Below are positions 7,629-17,097 of a stretch of 36,468 nucleotides of DNA, piece after piece. The notes under the pieces were generated by a model, which worked only from the letters and a program-made list of their open reading frames with translations, was not told where the DNA came from and made no database searches. How positions within the stretch are numbered: the stretch's first letter is position 1; each line of letters starts with the position of its first letter. The translations under genes were made by a program, and so were the position numbers. This stretch comes from Bacillota bacterium (GTDB taxonomy: Bacteria > Bacillota > Clostridia > Peptostreptococcales > Anaerovoracaceae), in assembly GCA_030536235.1 (NCBI GenBank), contig JAUNQK010000004.1:1-36468 (forward strand), read 5' to 3'.

Positions 7629-8496
7629 TAAAGCGTGGTTATACCTGCTTCCAGCTATCGCCTTTTTAGGCGTGTTCATGATTTATCCTCTTGTGGATGT
7701 TTTGGTCTATTCATTTGAAGAAGGCTTCAATTTTGCGTCCCAAACTTTCTCAGGGGTTGGTATTTATAATTTCCAATATGTTTTAAGAGACCCGTATTTT
7801 CTTCAGGCTCTTAAAAACACTTTCATATTGGTTGTTATTACTGTGCCTATTTCAACCGGATTTGCACTTCTTGTATCACTTGCTTTAAATTCTATTTCTA
7901 AATTTAAAGAACTTTTCCAAACTGTTTACTTCTTGCCTTATGTAACAAATACTTTGGCAGTAGGTATTGTTTTTATGGTTCTGTTTAAAAAGACTGCTTA
8001 TTCAGAAGGGCTTATTAATTTACTTATTACTTTCTTTGGCGGAAGCTCTGTTGATTTTATTGACGGCCCGTATTGGGCAAAGATGCTTGTTCTTTGCATC
8101 TATACAATTTGGATTGTTCTGCCGTTTAAAGTGCTAATTCTTACAAGTGCACTTGCTTCTGTAAATCAGGATTATTACAACGCAGCAAAAATTGATGGAA
8201 CATCAAAATGGAGGATATTTACAAAGATAACTCTTCCTATGATTTCACCAATGATTTTTTACTTAGTTATCACAGGCTTCATTGGGGCCTTTAAAGCATA
8301 TAGCGATGCAGTAGCATTGTTTGGCGTAGATTTAAATGCTGCCGGAATGAACACCATGGTAGGCTATGTATATGACATGCTCTATGGTAATAGCGGTGGT
8401 TATCCATCTTATGCATCGGCCGCTGCGCTTATCCTATTTGCAATAGTATTAACCATTACATGCATTAACCTTTTGGTAAGTAGAAAGAAAGCATGA
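7615..8496 (+). CDS. carbohydrate ABC transporter permease (MalF/UgpA-like)
   Basis: Six predicted TM helices. EAA loop YYNAAKIDGTSKWRIFTKITLP. Confidence 0.85.
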   Translation: MKKNNKAWLYLLPAIAFLGVFMIYPLVDVLVYSFEEGFNFASQTFSGVGIYNFQYVLRDPYFLQALKNTFILVVITVPISTGFALLVSLALNSISKFKELFQTVYFLPYVTNTLAVGIVFMVLFKKTAYSEGLINLLITFFGGSSVDFIDGPYWAKMLVLCIYTIWIVLPFKVLILTSALASVNQDYYNAAKIDGTSKWRIFTKITLPMISPMIFYLVITGFIGAFKAYSDAVALFGVDLNAAGMNTMVGYVYDMLYGNSGGYPSYASAAALILFAIVLTITCINLLVSRKKA

Positions 8497-9329
8497 AGAA
8501 CAATAATAAAGTATTAAAATTTTTCACATATTTGTTGTTAATAGTATGGGCAATTATCGTGCTATTTCCATTTTATTGGATGATTTTATCATCCATTAAA
8601 TCTTATAGTGCGTATAATGCAGAATATATTCCAAAGTTCTTTACACTTGCCCCAACATTTGAGAATTATATCAATGCATTTACAGCTGTGCCTTTGGCAA
8701 AGTATTTCACAAATACTCTCATATTCACAGTGGCTACAACTGCAATTATGCTTATTGTAACAATTCTTGCCGCATTTGCTTTTAGCCGTTTGGATTTTAA
8801 GGGAAAGAATTTACTCTTTACTTTATTCCTGTCATTAATGATGATTCCAAACGAACTTGTAGTAATAACCAATTTCGTTACTATTACAGATTGGAGTATG
8901 CGCAATACATTTATGGGCCTTATTCTCCCATCAGTAACTTCGGTATTCTATATCTATTTGCTTAAAGAAAACTTCGAGCAGATTCCGGATGAACTTTATA
9001 AAGCTGCAAAGATTGATGGAACATCTGATTTTAGGTATTTAACAAAGGTTATGATGCCGATTTGCCAGCCAACTATTGTAACAGTTGTTATTTTGAAAGC
9101 AATTGAGTGCTGGAACTCTTATGTATGGCCTAGACTTATTACTGATGATAGCAATTTCTTCTTGGTATCAAACGGTATTCAGGCAATTCGTGAAAGCGGG
9201 TTTGGCCGTGAAAATATTCCGGCAATGATGGCTGCAGTAGTAGTTATTTCTTTGCCTTTAATTATTCTGTTCTTGATTTTCCATAAGAAGATTATGGCTG
9301 GCGTTTCAAGAGGAGGTACCAAGGGATGA
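8493..9329 (+). CDS. carbohydrate ABC transporter permease (MalG/UgpE-like)
   Basis: ATGA overlap with the upstream gene. EAA loop LYKAAKIDGTSDFRYLTKVMMP. Confidence 0.85.
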   Translation: MKNNNKVLKFFTYLLLIVWAIIVLFPFYWMILSSIKSYSAYNAEYIPKFFTLAPTFENYINAFTAVPLAKYFTNTLIFTVATTAIMLIVTILAAFAFSRLDFKGKNLLFTLFLSLMMIPNELVVITNFVTITDWSMRNTFMGLILPSVTSVFYIYLLKENFEQIPDELYKAAKIDGTSDFRYLTKVMMPICQPTIVTVVILKAIECWNSYVWPRLITDDSNFFLVSNGIQAIRESGFGRENIPAMMAAVVVISLPLIILFLIFHKKIMAGVSRGGTKG

Positions 9330-10903
9330 AAAAGATACTTGCACTTCTTCTTGCAGCCTCGATGCTCTTTAGCTTAACAGCTTGCCATGGGCAGCGTGGT
9401 CTAAATGCTTTTGAAATGCCAGAGGAATTTGACGAAAGCAAAGAATATAACATTACATTTTGGTCTAAGAATGATACCAACAAAACTCAGGTTGAAATTT
9501 ACAACAAGGCTATAAGTGATTTTGAAAAGTTATATCCAAACATTCATGTAAATATGCGTATCTATACAGATTACACATTAATTTACAATGATGTTATTAC
9601 TAATATTTCTACAAACACAACACCTAATGTTTGCATTAGCTATCCTGATCATATAGCGACATATTTAACTGGTGTTAATATTGTTGCGCCTCTTGAAGAG
9701 TTAATGGATAATGCCGATTATGGTCTTGGCGGAAACAAAGTAAAATTTGATAGCCCTGCTAAATCGCAAATGATTCTGAAATTCCTTGAAGAAGGTGAAA
9801 TTAACGGAAGCTATTATGCATTGCCTTTCATGCGCTCGACAGAAGCCTTGTATATTAATAAGACATATGTTGAACGCCTTGGTTATTCGGTTCCTGATAA
9901 AGTAACTTGGGATTGGATTTGGGAAGTAGCTGATGCTGCTATGGCTAAAAATGAAGACGGCACATTTAAGCTGAATGGCAAGAATGTTATGATCCCGTTC
10001 ATTTATAAGTCAACGGATAACATGATGATTCAAATGCTTAAGCAAAAGGGTGCAGATTATTCGACGCCAGAAGGTGAAATTAAAATCTTTAACGATGACA
10101 CAAAGGATATTCTTTATACCGTTAGAGATCACGCTGAAAAGGAATCATTCTCGACATTTAAGATTTCAAGTTACCCGGCAAACTTTTTAAATGCCGGTGA
10201 ATGTATTTTCGCAATAGACTCTACTGCAGGTTCAACCTGGATGGGAACAGAGGCACCTCTTTCAGATATTTGTTCTGATGATATCGCAGACCCATTCGAA
10301 ACTGTTGTAAGGGTTATCCCGCAATTTGATGTTGAAAACCCGGCCATGATTTCTCAGGGCCCGTCAATTTGTATTTTTAATAAAAACGATAGCGGAGAAG
10401 TTTTAGCATCTTGGCTCTTTGCACAGTTCCTTTTGACAAATGATGTTCAAATAGCTTATGCAAAGACAGAAGGCTATGTTCCTGTAACATCAAAGGCCCA
10501 AGAAACCGAAGCTTACCTTCAGTATTTGGCAGATTCCGGAATCGATAATAACGAGCATTATTCAATAAAAATAGACGCAACCAAGCTTTTATTGGAAAAT
10601 ACTGACAATACATTTGTGACCCCGGTATTTAATGGCTCTGCTTCTTTAAGAAATGCTGCTGGCCAAATGATTGAAAATGTTACAAAATCGGTTAGAAGAA
10701 AGCAGACAGTAGATGAAGCCTATATGGATAAGCTTTATAGCGATATCAATTCGCTATACCGTTTAGACCAGGCTGATACATCAAACACAGATAAAGATAG
10801 CTTAGGGCCGCTTCCGGCAGAATCTAAGGCTTTACTGACAGGTCTGATAGTTGTATGGATTTTCATAATTCTGTACTTTTGTGTTAAAAACCGCAAGAAA
10901 TAG
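9326..10903 (+). CDS. ABC transporter extracellular solute-binding lipoprotein with an additional C-terminal TM helix
   Basis: Lipobox LFSLTAC. Family-1-SBP-like sequence of about 480 aa, then LLTGLIVVWIFIILYFCVKNRKK at the C-terminus. ATGA overlap with the upstream permease gene. Confidence 0.8.
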   Translation: MKKILALLLAASMLFSLTACHGQRGLNAFEMPEEFDESKEYNITFWSKNDTNKTQVEIYNKAISDFEKLYPNIHVNMRIYTDYTLIYNDVITNISTNTTPNVCISYPDHIATYLTGVNIVAPLEELMDNADYGLGGNKVKFDSPAKSQMILKFLEEGEINGSYYALPFMRSTEALYINKTYVERLGYSVPDKVTWDWIWEVADAAMAKNEDGTFKLNGKNVMIPFIYKSTDNMMIQMLKQKGADYSTPEGEIKIFNDDTKDILYTVRDHAEKESFSTFKISSYPANFLNAGECIFAIDSTAGSTWMGTEAPLSDICSDDIADPFETVVRVIPQFDVENPAMISQGPSICIFNKNDSGEVLASWLFAQFLLTNDVQIAYAKTEGYVPVTSKAQETEAYLQYLADSGIDNNEHYSIKIDATKLLLENTDNTFVTPVFNGSASLRNAAGQMIENVTKSVRRKQTVDEAYMDKLYSDINSLYRLDQADTSNTDKDSLGPLPAESKALLTGLIVVWIFIILYFCVKNRKK

Positions 10904-10912
10904 AGTATAATA

Positions 10913-10948
10913 AAGTAAGTATATGCCTTATATACTTACTTTTATTTT
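10913..10948 (+). terminator. intrinsic terminator after the ABC operon
   Basis: 12-bp stem AAGTAAGTATAT / ATATACTTACTT, loop GCCTT, then TTATTTTG. Confidence 0.7.
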
Positions 10949-10970
10949 GTTTTAAGGAAAGGACAAAAAA

Positions 10971-11693
10971 ATGAAAAAAACATTAGCAATTATCTTGGCG
11001 CTGGCTATGATTTTTACTTTCGTAGCATGCGGAGATGCAAACTCTAAGGGCGAAGAACCTACTATCGATGCAAAAAGCGAAGGCGTTATGACCTATGAAG
11101 AGTTTGTTGCTGCAGAACTTGATTCTGAAGTAGTCGTTGAAACTTACGTACAGGCACACCAGTCATGGTGGGAAGATCAGATTACCTGCTATACACAAGA
11201 CCAGGATGGAGCATATTTCCTCTATAACATGGCTTGCTCTGAAGCAGACGCTGAAAAGCTCGTTCCAGGTACAAAGATTAAGGTCACCGGATACAAGAGT
11301 GAATGGGCTGGCGAAGTTGAAATTATCGATGCCACATTTGAATTTGAAGAAGGTAGCTACATTGCTCCTGCATTTGATGTTACAGACTTACTTGGCACAG
11401 ACGAACTTATTAATCATCAGAACAAATTCGTAACATTTACTGGCTTAACAGTTGAATCTGAAGCTTTATATAAGTGGGATGGTTCAGGCCAGGATGGAGA
11501 CGATCTTTACTTCACAGTATCAAAAGATGGTGAAAGCTATCAGTTTACAGTAGAATCCTATCTTTGCGGAGCAGGAACAGATGCTTATGAAGGCGTTAAG
11601 GCTCTTAAGGTTGGCGATACTGTAGATCTTGAAGGTTTCCTTTATTGGTATGAAGGGGTTAACCCACATATTACAGGTGTAACTGTAAAATAA
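10971..11693 (+). CDS. hypothetical lipoprotein
   Basis: Signal peptide with lipobox FTFVAC and SD AAGGAAAGGA. Acidic mature protein; no family recognised. Confidence 0.6.
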   Translation: MKKTLAIILALAMIFTFVACGDANSKGEEPTIDAKSEGVMTYEEFVAAELDSEVVVETYVQAHQSWWEDQITCYTQDQDGAYFLYNMACSEADAEKLVPGTKIKVTGYKSEWAGEVEIIDATFEFEEGSYIAPAFDVTDLLGTDELINHQNKFVTFTGLTVESEALYKWDGSGQDGDDLYFTVSKDGESYQFTVESYLCGAGTDAYEGVKALKVGDTVDLEGFLYWYEGVNPHITGVTVK

Positions 11694-11708
11694 CTGAAAA
11701 GGATATTT

Positions 11709-11742
11709 AAAGGCTCTAAACCGCAAGGTTTAGAGCCTTTTT
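11709..11742 (+). terminator. intrinsic terminator
   Basis: 11-bp stem GGCTCTAAACC / GGTTTAGAGCC with GCAA loop, flanked by AAA and TTTTT. Confidence 0.75.
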
Positions 11743-11750
11743 CATTGCTT

Positions 11751-11780
11751 ATGACAAGCTAAAATATGTTATAATATAAT
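11751..11780 (+). promoter_or_regulatory. candidate promoter of the long envelope/housekeeping gene string
   Basis: ATGACA 11751-56, 18-nt spacer, TATAAT 11775-80. An overlapping TGTTATAAT lies at 11767-75. Confidence 0.4.
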
Positions 11781-11857
11781 GTTATTTTATGTGCTTTTAA
11801 CCACATAGGGGATTTATAAATATAGGGTATTGGTGGTTAAGGAAACAGGGGATTTAT

Positions 11858-13840
11858 ATGATATCGTATTCAGTATTTTTCATTTTTGAATTGCTGCTTT
11901 CTGAATTAGTATTCAGATACAGCGTTTATTCAGAACTAAATATTACGCCGTGGCTAATTGCTTTTGTTTTAGTGATTGCTTTAGCCGCAGCTTTTATTGC
12001 ATCGCTTTTAAAAGGCGTTATAGGGAAGATTTTTGCGGTAATAGTAACTGCATTTAATTTCATTTTTTATGGAACAAATTTAGTTTACTACCATATTTTT
12101 GGAACTTTCCTTTCTATTACGCAGTATTCTCAAGGGGCTGATGCTGTTTCAAATTTCTTTAGAGAAACTTTGCTTGGAATTAAAGAGTCTGCAGTCTATA
12201 TTGCATTGCTATTGATTCCGATAATAGTGCTTATAGTTTTACTAAAGCTTAAGGCATTTAATAAAGATTATAAGATTAAACATACATTTATTCTTTTGAT
12301 TGCCTCAATTTTAATCTTTGTTGGCAGTAGCCTTGGCATCAAAGCAATGCCAGATATCAATTATGGCGTTAAAGATATTTTTTATGAAAGCTTTGTTCTT
12401 TCTCTTTCAGAAAAAGATTTTGGCGTAATGGCATCTGCTATTTTAGAAACCAGAGATGTTTACTTTGGCAAGGGAAATACCATTGTTAAGCAGGAAAGAG
12501 AAAATGATGCAGCTGAGTATTCAAAAAAAGAGTATAACGTTTTGGATATAGATTTTGATGAGCTATCAAGATCTACCCAAGATGTAAAATATCAAAGCAT
12601 TGACGATTATATGGCAGATAAAGTTCCAACAAAAAAGAACTTTATGACGGGTAAGTATAAAGACTATAACGTTATCACTTTACTTTGTGAATCATTTTCG
12701 CCATATGTAATCAGTAAAGAATTAACCCCTACACTGTATAAACTGGCAAAAGAAGGTATTCAGTTTACAGATTACTATAACTGTAACGACAATAATACAT
12801 CGAATTCAGAGTATTCATTTTTAACAAGCTTGATGCCAGATACAACATTGTTTGTTCCTGATGGTGCAGGCTTTGAACAGTTTAGACAATATAATAGTTG
12901 CACAGCATCTCAAAAGAATTATTTGCCACTTACTTTGGCCAATGAATTATCGAAGAGATTTTATAGAACAGTTTTTTATCACAACTATTTGGCATCGTAT
13001 TATAATCGCGATTTAACTCATGGTAATTTCGGATTTGACTTAGTGACAATGAATGATGGGCTTAAATATAGCCCGTATTGGCCAACATCTGATATAGATT
13101 TGATGCAGCAAGCAGTGCCAGATTTAATTGAGAATTATCAACAGAGTAAAAAACCTTTCTATGCCTACTTCTTAACCTTTAGTGGACATATGGCATACAA
13201 CTTTGAAACAAATGAAATTGCTGCAAAGAATTATGAAGATGTGGCAGAGCTGCCATATGACGATGATGTTAAGGCTTATCTTGCCGGAAACATAGAACTT
13301 GAAAAAGCTATTAAATATATGATTAACGAGCTTGATAAGGCGGATATGCTTGATAATACACTAATTGTTCTTGCGCCAGATCATTATCCATATGGGCTTG
13401 GCATTGGACAGTTATCACAACTTACTACTGGCTACTTGGCAAGAAATAAGAACGAAATGGAACTTAACAAGCACAAGGGGGCACTACTTATGTGGACTGC
13501 TTCAATGCTTGATGAACCTCAGCAGGTAGTTGATTGGCCTGTTTCGGAATTAGATATTTTGCCAACCCTGCTTAATATGCTTGGCATTGATTATGATTCC
13601 AGATTGTTAATGGGTCTTGATGCTTTTGCTGATTGCAATCATATTGCAATGTTTGATGACAGAAGCTTTGTAACGAAGGATTTTTATTACAACATTAATA
13701 CCGGCGATGTGGTTTCCAGAAATGGGGCATCAACTGATAATGTTGATTTAGAAAAATATATCTCAAAGATTAAGAATGTATTTGCTGTTTCAGACAGTAT
13801 TTTGTATTCAGATTATTATAAGCACGTATTTGAAAAATGA
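11858..13840 (+). CDS. LTA synthase (LtaS)-family / sulfatase-superfamily membrane protein
   Basis: N-terminal multi-TM block followed by a sulfatase-type domain: NVITLLCESFS, NNTSNSEYSFLTSL (nucleophile region), LTFSGHMAY, LAPDHYPYG. Confidence 0.8.
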   Translation: MISYSVFFIFELLLSELVFRYSVYSELNITPWLIAFVLVIALAAAFIASLLKGVIGKIFAVIVTAFNFIFYGTNLVYYHIFGTFLSITQYSQGADAVSNFFRETLLGIKESAVYIALLLIPIIVLIVLLKLKAFNKDYKIKHTFILLIASILIFVGSSLGIKAMPDINYGVKDIFYESFVLSLSEKDFGVMASAILETRDVYFGKGNTIVKQERENDAAEYSKKEYNVLDIDFDELSRSTQDVKYQSIDDYMADKVPTKKNFMTGKYKDYNVITLLCESFSPYVISKELTPTLYKLAKEGIQFTDYYNCNDNNTSNSEYSFLTSLMPDTTLFVPDGAGFEQFRQYNSCTASQKNYLPLTLANELSKRFYRTVFYHNYLASYYNRDLTHGNFGFDLVTMNDGLKYSPYWPTSDIDLMQQAVPDLIENYQQSKKPFYAYFLTFSGHMAYNFETNEIAAKNYEDVAELPYDDDVKAYLAGNIELEKAIKYMINELDKADMLDNTLIVLAPDHYPYGLGIGQLSQLTTGYLARNKNEMELNKHKGALLMWTASMLDEPQQVVDWPVSELDILPTLLNMLGIDYDSRLLMGLDAFADCNHIAMFDDRSFVTKDFYYNINTGDVVSRNGASTDNVDLEKYISKIKNVFAVSDSILYSDYYKHVFEK

Positions 13841-14934
13841 TAGACAACATAGTATTACTAATTCCATCACTTAATCCAGACAAGAAACTTATTAGAACTG
13901 TAGAAGGTATGATTGCCGCAGGGTTCACTAAGATTCTTGTAGTTAATGATGGCTCAAATAGTTTCCATAGATGGCCTTTTGAAGAAATCGCCGGCTTTGG
14001 TGAAGTAACCTGTATTGGTTATGAAGAAAATAAGGGAAAGGGCCATGCATTAAAATATGGTTTTAAGTATATTCTTGAAAACTATGATAACGTTGCTGGC
14101 GTATTAACCGCTGATGGCGACGGGCAACATATGCCGGCTGATTGCATAAATGTGGCAAACGAAATGCTTGCTAAAAATGAATGCGTTTTTGGATGCAGAG
14201 ATTTTAGCGACCCATCTGTTCCAAGACGTAACAAGATGGGAAATAAAATTAGTATCTTTGCATATAATTTCTTATGCGAAATTAAAATGTCGGATACACA
14301 AACAGGTTTAAGAGCAATTCCTGTTCGTTACCTTAAAGAATTTATAGACGTTGAAGGCGAGAGATTTGAATATGAAACAAATACTCTTATCTACATGAAA
14401 AATCATGATATGCCTTTTAACGAGGTAAAGATTGATACAGTATATGAAAGTGATAGTAATGAAGGGTCTCACTTTAGAGTAGTTGAAGATTCTATAAGAA
14501 TCTATAAGCCACTTATTAAAGCGGGCGGCCCAAGGTTTTTACTCTTTACTTTGGGTTCGCTTCTTGCGACATTAATTGACCTTGCAATCTTTACAGTGCT
14601 CACTCACTTAATAGCAAGAACCTCAGAAGAATTTTTAGCAATTATTGCGTCTGTATTTATTGCTACATATACTGCAAGATTCTTCTCTGCACTGTTTGAC
14701 TATTACTTTAGCCTAAAGTTTGTTTTTAATAAGAATAAGAATCTTAAGAAGGGCGGTTTACTTAGATACTTTGTATTAATGCTGGCTCAGGCCGGCGTTT
14801 CCGCAGCGTTAGTAGCTGTTATTTGTTTCATTTTCGGAATTACAGGTGTAGTAAGAACTGCAATTAAAATCGTTATTGATACTTGTTTATTCTTTGTAGG
14901 ATACAGAATTCAAAGAGAGTGGGTATTTAAATAA
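13837..14934 (+). CDS. family 2 glycosyltransferase (GtrB/DPM1-like) fused to a GtrA-like membrane domain
   Basis: LLIPSLNP..., TADGDGQH DxD region and SDTQTGLR, then four C-terminal TM helices with a GtrA-like pattern. ATGA overlap with the upstream gene. Confidence 0.8.
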   Translation: MIDNIVLLIPSLNPDKKLIRTVEGMIAAGFTKILVVNDGSNSFHRWPFEEIAGFGEVTCIGYEENKGKGHALKYGFKYILENYDNVAGVLTADGDGQHMPADCINVANEMLAKNECVFGCRDFSDPSVPRRNKMGNKISIFAYNFLCEIKMSDTQTGLRAIPVRYLKEFIDVEGERFEYETNTLIYMKNHDMPFNEVKIDTVYESDSNEGSHFRVVEDSIRIYKPLIKAGGPRFLLFTLGSLLATLIDLAIFTVLTHLIARTSEEFLAIIASVFIATYTARFFSALFDYYFSLKFVFNKNKNLKKGGLLRYFVLMLAQAGVSAALVAVICFIFGITGVVRTAIKIVIDTCLFFVGYRIQREWVFK

Positions 14935-15827
14935 TGCTTGGAACAACTTTTTACTTTGATTGGGAAATAAATTTAATACTTGCGATTCAAGCACATTTTG
15001 GAAAAATTGGAGTTTTAATTTCTCAGGTTTGCTCGCTGCTTGGCCAGCAATACCCATTAGTTTTATTGGTATGCATCTTGTATTTTGCCATTGATAAGAA
15101 AATGGGCAAAAGAATTTGTTTGAATTTATTAACAGTTCTTGTGTGGTGTCCAATGATTAAAAATGTGACATTTAGACGCAGACCATATTTTGATAATGAG
15201 AATATCAAAATATTAATTGCTGCAGAGCCATCAGCAGATGCTTATGATATGGTTGCTCAGGGCTTTTCTTTCCCGAGTGCACATTCTGCTTGCTCTGTTG
15301 CTGCTTATCCGGCAATGACACGCTGCTCAAAGAAAAAGTGGCTTAGAGTGCTTGGATGGGTTCTTCCGTTTATTATAGGAATTTCACGTTTTTGTGTTGG
15401 AGCTCATTATCCAACAGATGTAATCGTTGGTTGGGCTTTAGGAATATTTGTAGCATTTATTATTCCGTTTCTGGGGTCAAAATTAAAGAATGAAAATTAT
15501 TTATACTTGATAATTTTGCTGACAGCGATTCCGGGGCTTTTCTATTGCCAAACCACAGACTACTTTAGCGGATTTGGATTACTTCTTGGATTTTTCTTGG
15601 GAAGCCTCTTCGAAGAAAAGTATGTTAATTTTGAAAAACCAAAATCAATCAAATATGCAATTTTAAGAGTTGCACTTGGAATAGGAGTTTTCTTATTATT
15701 CGCACAAGGAATTAAATTTATTTTAGGTGAAGGAATAGTAGTAAGAGTAATCAGATATACTGTTGGTGCATTTATTGCTTTAGGGGTATTTCCTATATTA
15801 TTTAAAAAGTTTGAAAAGGAGAATTAA
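14934..15827 (+). CDS. PAP2-family phosphatase (undecaprenyl-diphosphatase-like)
   Basis: PAP2 motifs KNVTFRRRP, SFPSAHS and SRFCVGAHYPTDV. TAATG overlap with the upstream gene. Confidence 0.85.
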   Translation: MLGTTFYFDWEINLILAIQAHFGKIGVLISQVCSLLGQQYPLVLLVCILYFAIDKKMGKRICLNLLTVLVWCPMIKNVTFRRRPYFDNENIKILIAAEPSADAYDMVAQGFSFPSAHSACSVAAYPAMTRCSKKKWLRVLGWVLPFIIGISRFCVGAHYPTDVIVGWALGIFVAFIIPFLGSKLKNENYLYLIILLTAIPGLFYCQTTDYFSGFGLLLGFFLGSLFEEKYVNFEKPKSIKYAILRVALGIGVFLLFAQGIKFILGEGIVVRVIRYTVGAFIALGVFPILFKKFEKEN

Positions 15828-15829
15828 TA

Positions 15830-16306
15830 ATGGGTCTTAAAGAAGTTCAGGATTATTTTCAGTCAAGAGGAATCCAAAACGAAATCATTTTACTTAATGA
15901 AAGTAGTGCGACAGTTGAACTTGCTGCAAAGGCATTAAATAGAGAACCTGGAGAAATTGCCAAGACTATGGCTCTTCAGCTTAAGGACGGCACAAACATA
16001 GTAATAGTAATTATGGGAACAGCAAGAATTGATAACCGTAAATACAAAGATTGCTTCGGCTGTAAGGCTAAGATGCTTAGCTTTGATGATACTTTAGCAA
16101 TCACTGGCCATCCAGTTGGCGGAGTTTGTCCATTTGGTCTTCCAGAAGGAATTAAAGTTTATTTAGATAAGAGCTTAAAGAAATATGAGACAGTTTTCCC
16201 TGCAGCTGGTACTCCAAATTCAGCAGTTGGTTTTTCTATTGCCGATCTTGAGGCTGCAATAGATGGAACCTGGATTGATGTATGTAAAGAAGAGGAACAA
16301 GAATAA
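15830..16306 (+). CDS. YbaK/EbsC-family aminoacyl-tRNA deacylase-like protein
   Basis: About 158 aa, with ...AKTMAL..., ITGHPVGGVCPFG and VFPAAGTPNSAV, typical of YbaK/ProX editing-domain proteins. SD AAGGAG. Confidence 0.8.
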   Translation: MGLKEVQDYFQSRGIQNEIILLNESSATVELAAKALNREPGEIAKTMALQLKDGTNIVIVIMGTARIDNRKYKDCFGCKAKMLSFDDTLAITGHPVGGVCPFGLPEGIKVYLDKSLKKYETVFPAAGTPNSAVGFSIADLEAAIDGTWIDVCKEEEQE

Positions 16307-17097
16307 TGAATATATTACTTGCAAACGATGATGGCATCGATGCATATGGATTGCATGTACTTGCTGACGCTCTAGCACAAATGAACGATGTAGAGAATAT
16401 CTATATCATTGCTCCAAATACTCAGCGTTCTTGCGGCGGACACGGCCTTACTTTAAACGGTAAGATCGATCTTGAACCTATAAACCCAATGGAATTTAAT
16501 GAAAAGGTAAATTGGGCTTATTCATGTTCGGGGGTTCCTGCTGATTGCACAAGAATTGGTATCTTTATGCTTAAGCAAGCAGGGGTTAGCCTCGATTTAG
16601 TTTGCACCGGAATCAATCATGGGTCAAATTGGGGCAGCGATATTTTCTACAGTGGAACTTTAGCAGCTGCAAGAGAAGCGAGCGTTTGCTTTACTCAGGC
16701 AATAGCTTTCAGCTTATGCGATAATCACCCAACTCATTTTGAACATTTTGCAAAGCTTGTTCCTGAGGTTGTTAAAAAGGCTTACAAAAAGCTTCCTTAC
16801 ACAACAGTTCTTAATGTAAATGTTCCGGATATTCCGGCAGAAGAAATTAAAGGAATGAGAGTTTGTAAGCAGGGCCCGATGGATTATGGCCTTGGTTATA
16901 AAAAATCTTTATCTAATGCTTCTGGTGTTTCTTTCGAATTTGATGGAGGCGAAGTGTATAGAGACAATGTAGACCCTGACTGGGACTGTGTTGTTGGCCG
17001 CGAAGGTTACATTACACTTGTTGCATGCGATCTTATGCCAGTTAGCAAAGAGTCAATGCAAGCTATTGAAAATTTAGGCATTAAGTATAATGAATAG
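16306..17097 (+). CDS. surE: 5'/3'-nucleotidase SurE
   Basis: MNILLANDDGIDAYGL, APNTQRSCGGHGLT, GINHGSNWG, YSGTLAAAREA. Confidence 0.9.
   Translation: MNILLANDDGIDAYGLHVLADALAQMNDVENIYIIAPNTQRSCGGHGLTLNGKIDLEPINPMEFNEKVNWAYSCSGVPADCTRIGIFMLKQAGVSLDLVCTGINHGSNWGSDIFYSGTLAAAREASVCFTQAIAFSLCDNHPTHFEHFAKLVPEVVKKAYKKLPYTTVLNVNVPDIPAEEIKGMRVCKQGPMDYGLGYKKSLSNASGVSFEFDGGEVYRDNVDPDWDCVVGREGYITLVACDLMPVSKESMQAIENLGIKYNE

Noticed and set aside
11137-11433. 98-aa same-strand alternative-frame ORF inside the lipoprotein gene, and similar internal or antisense ORFs from the track (850-1086, 5207-5471, 8666-8905, 10377-10613, 25128-25421, 31470-31724, 33878-34087, 34322-34675, 35265-35564)
   Set aside because: All are fully embedded in longer ORFs with clear family motifs, and they lack ribosome-binding sites and recognisable domains.
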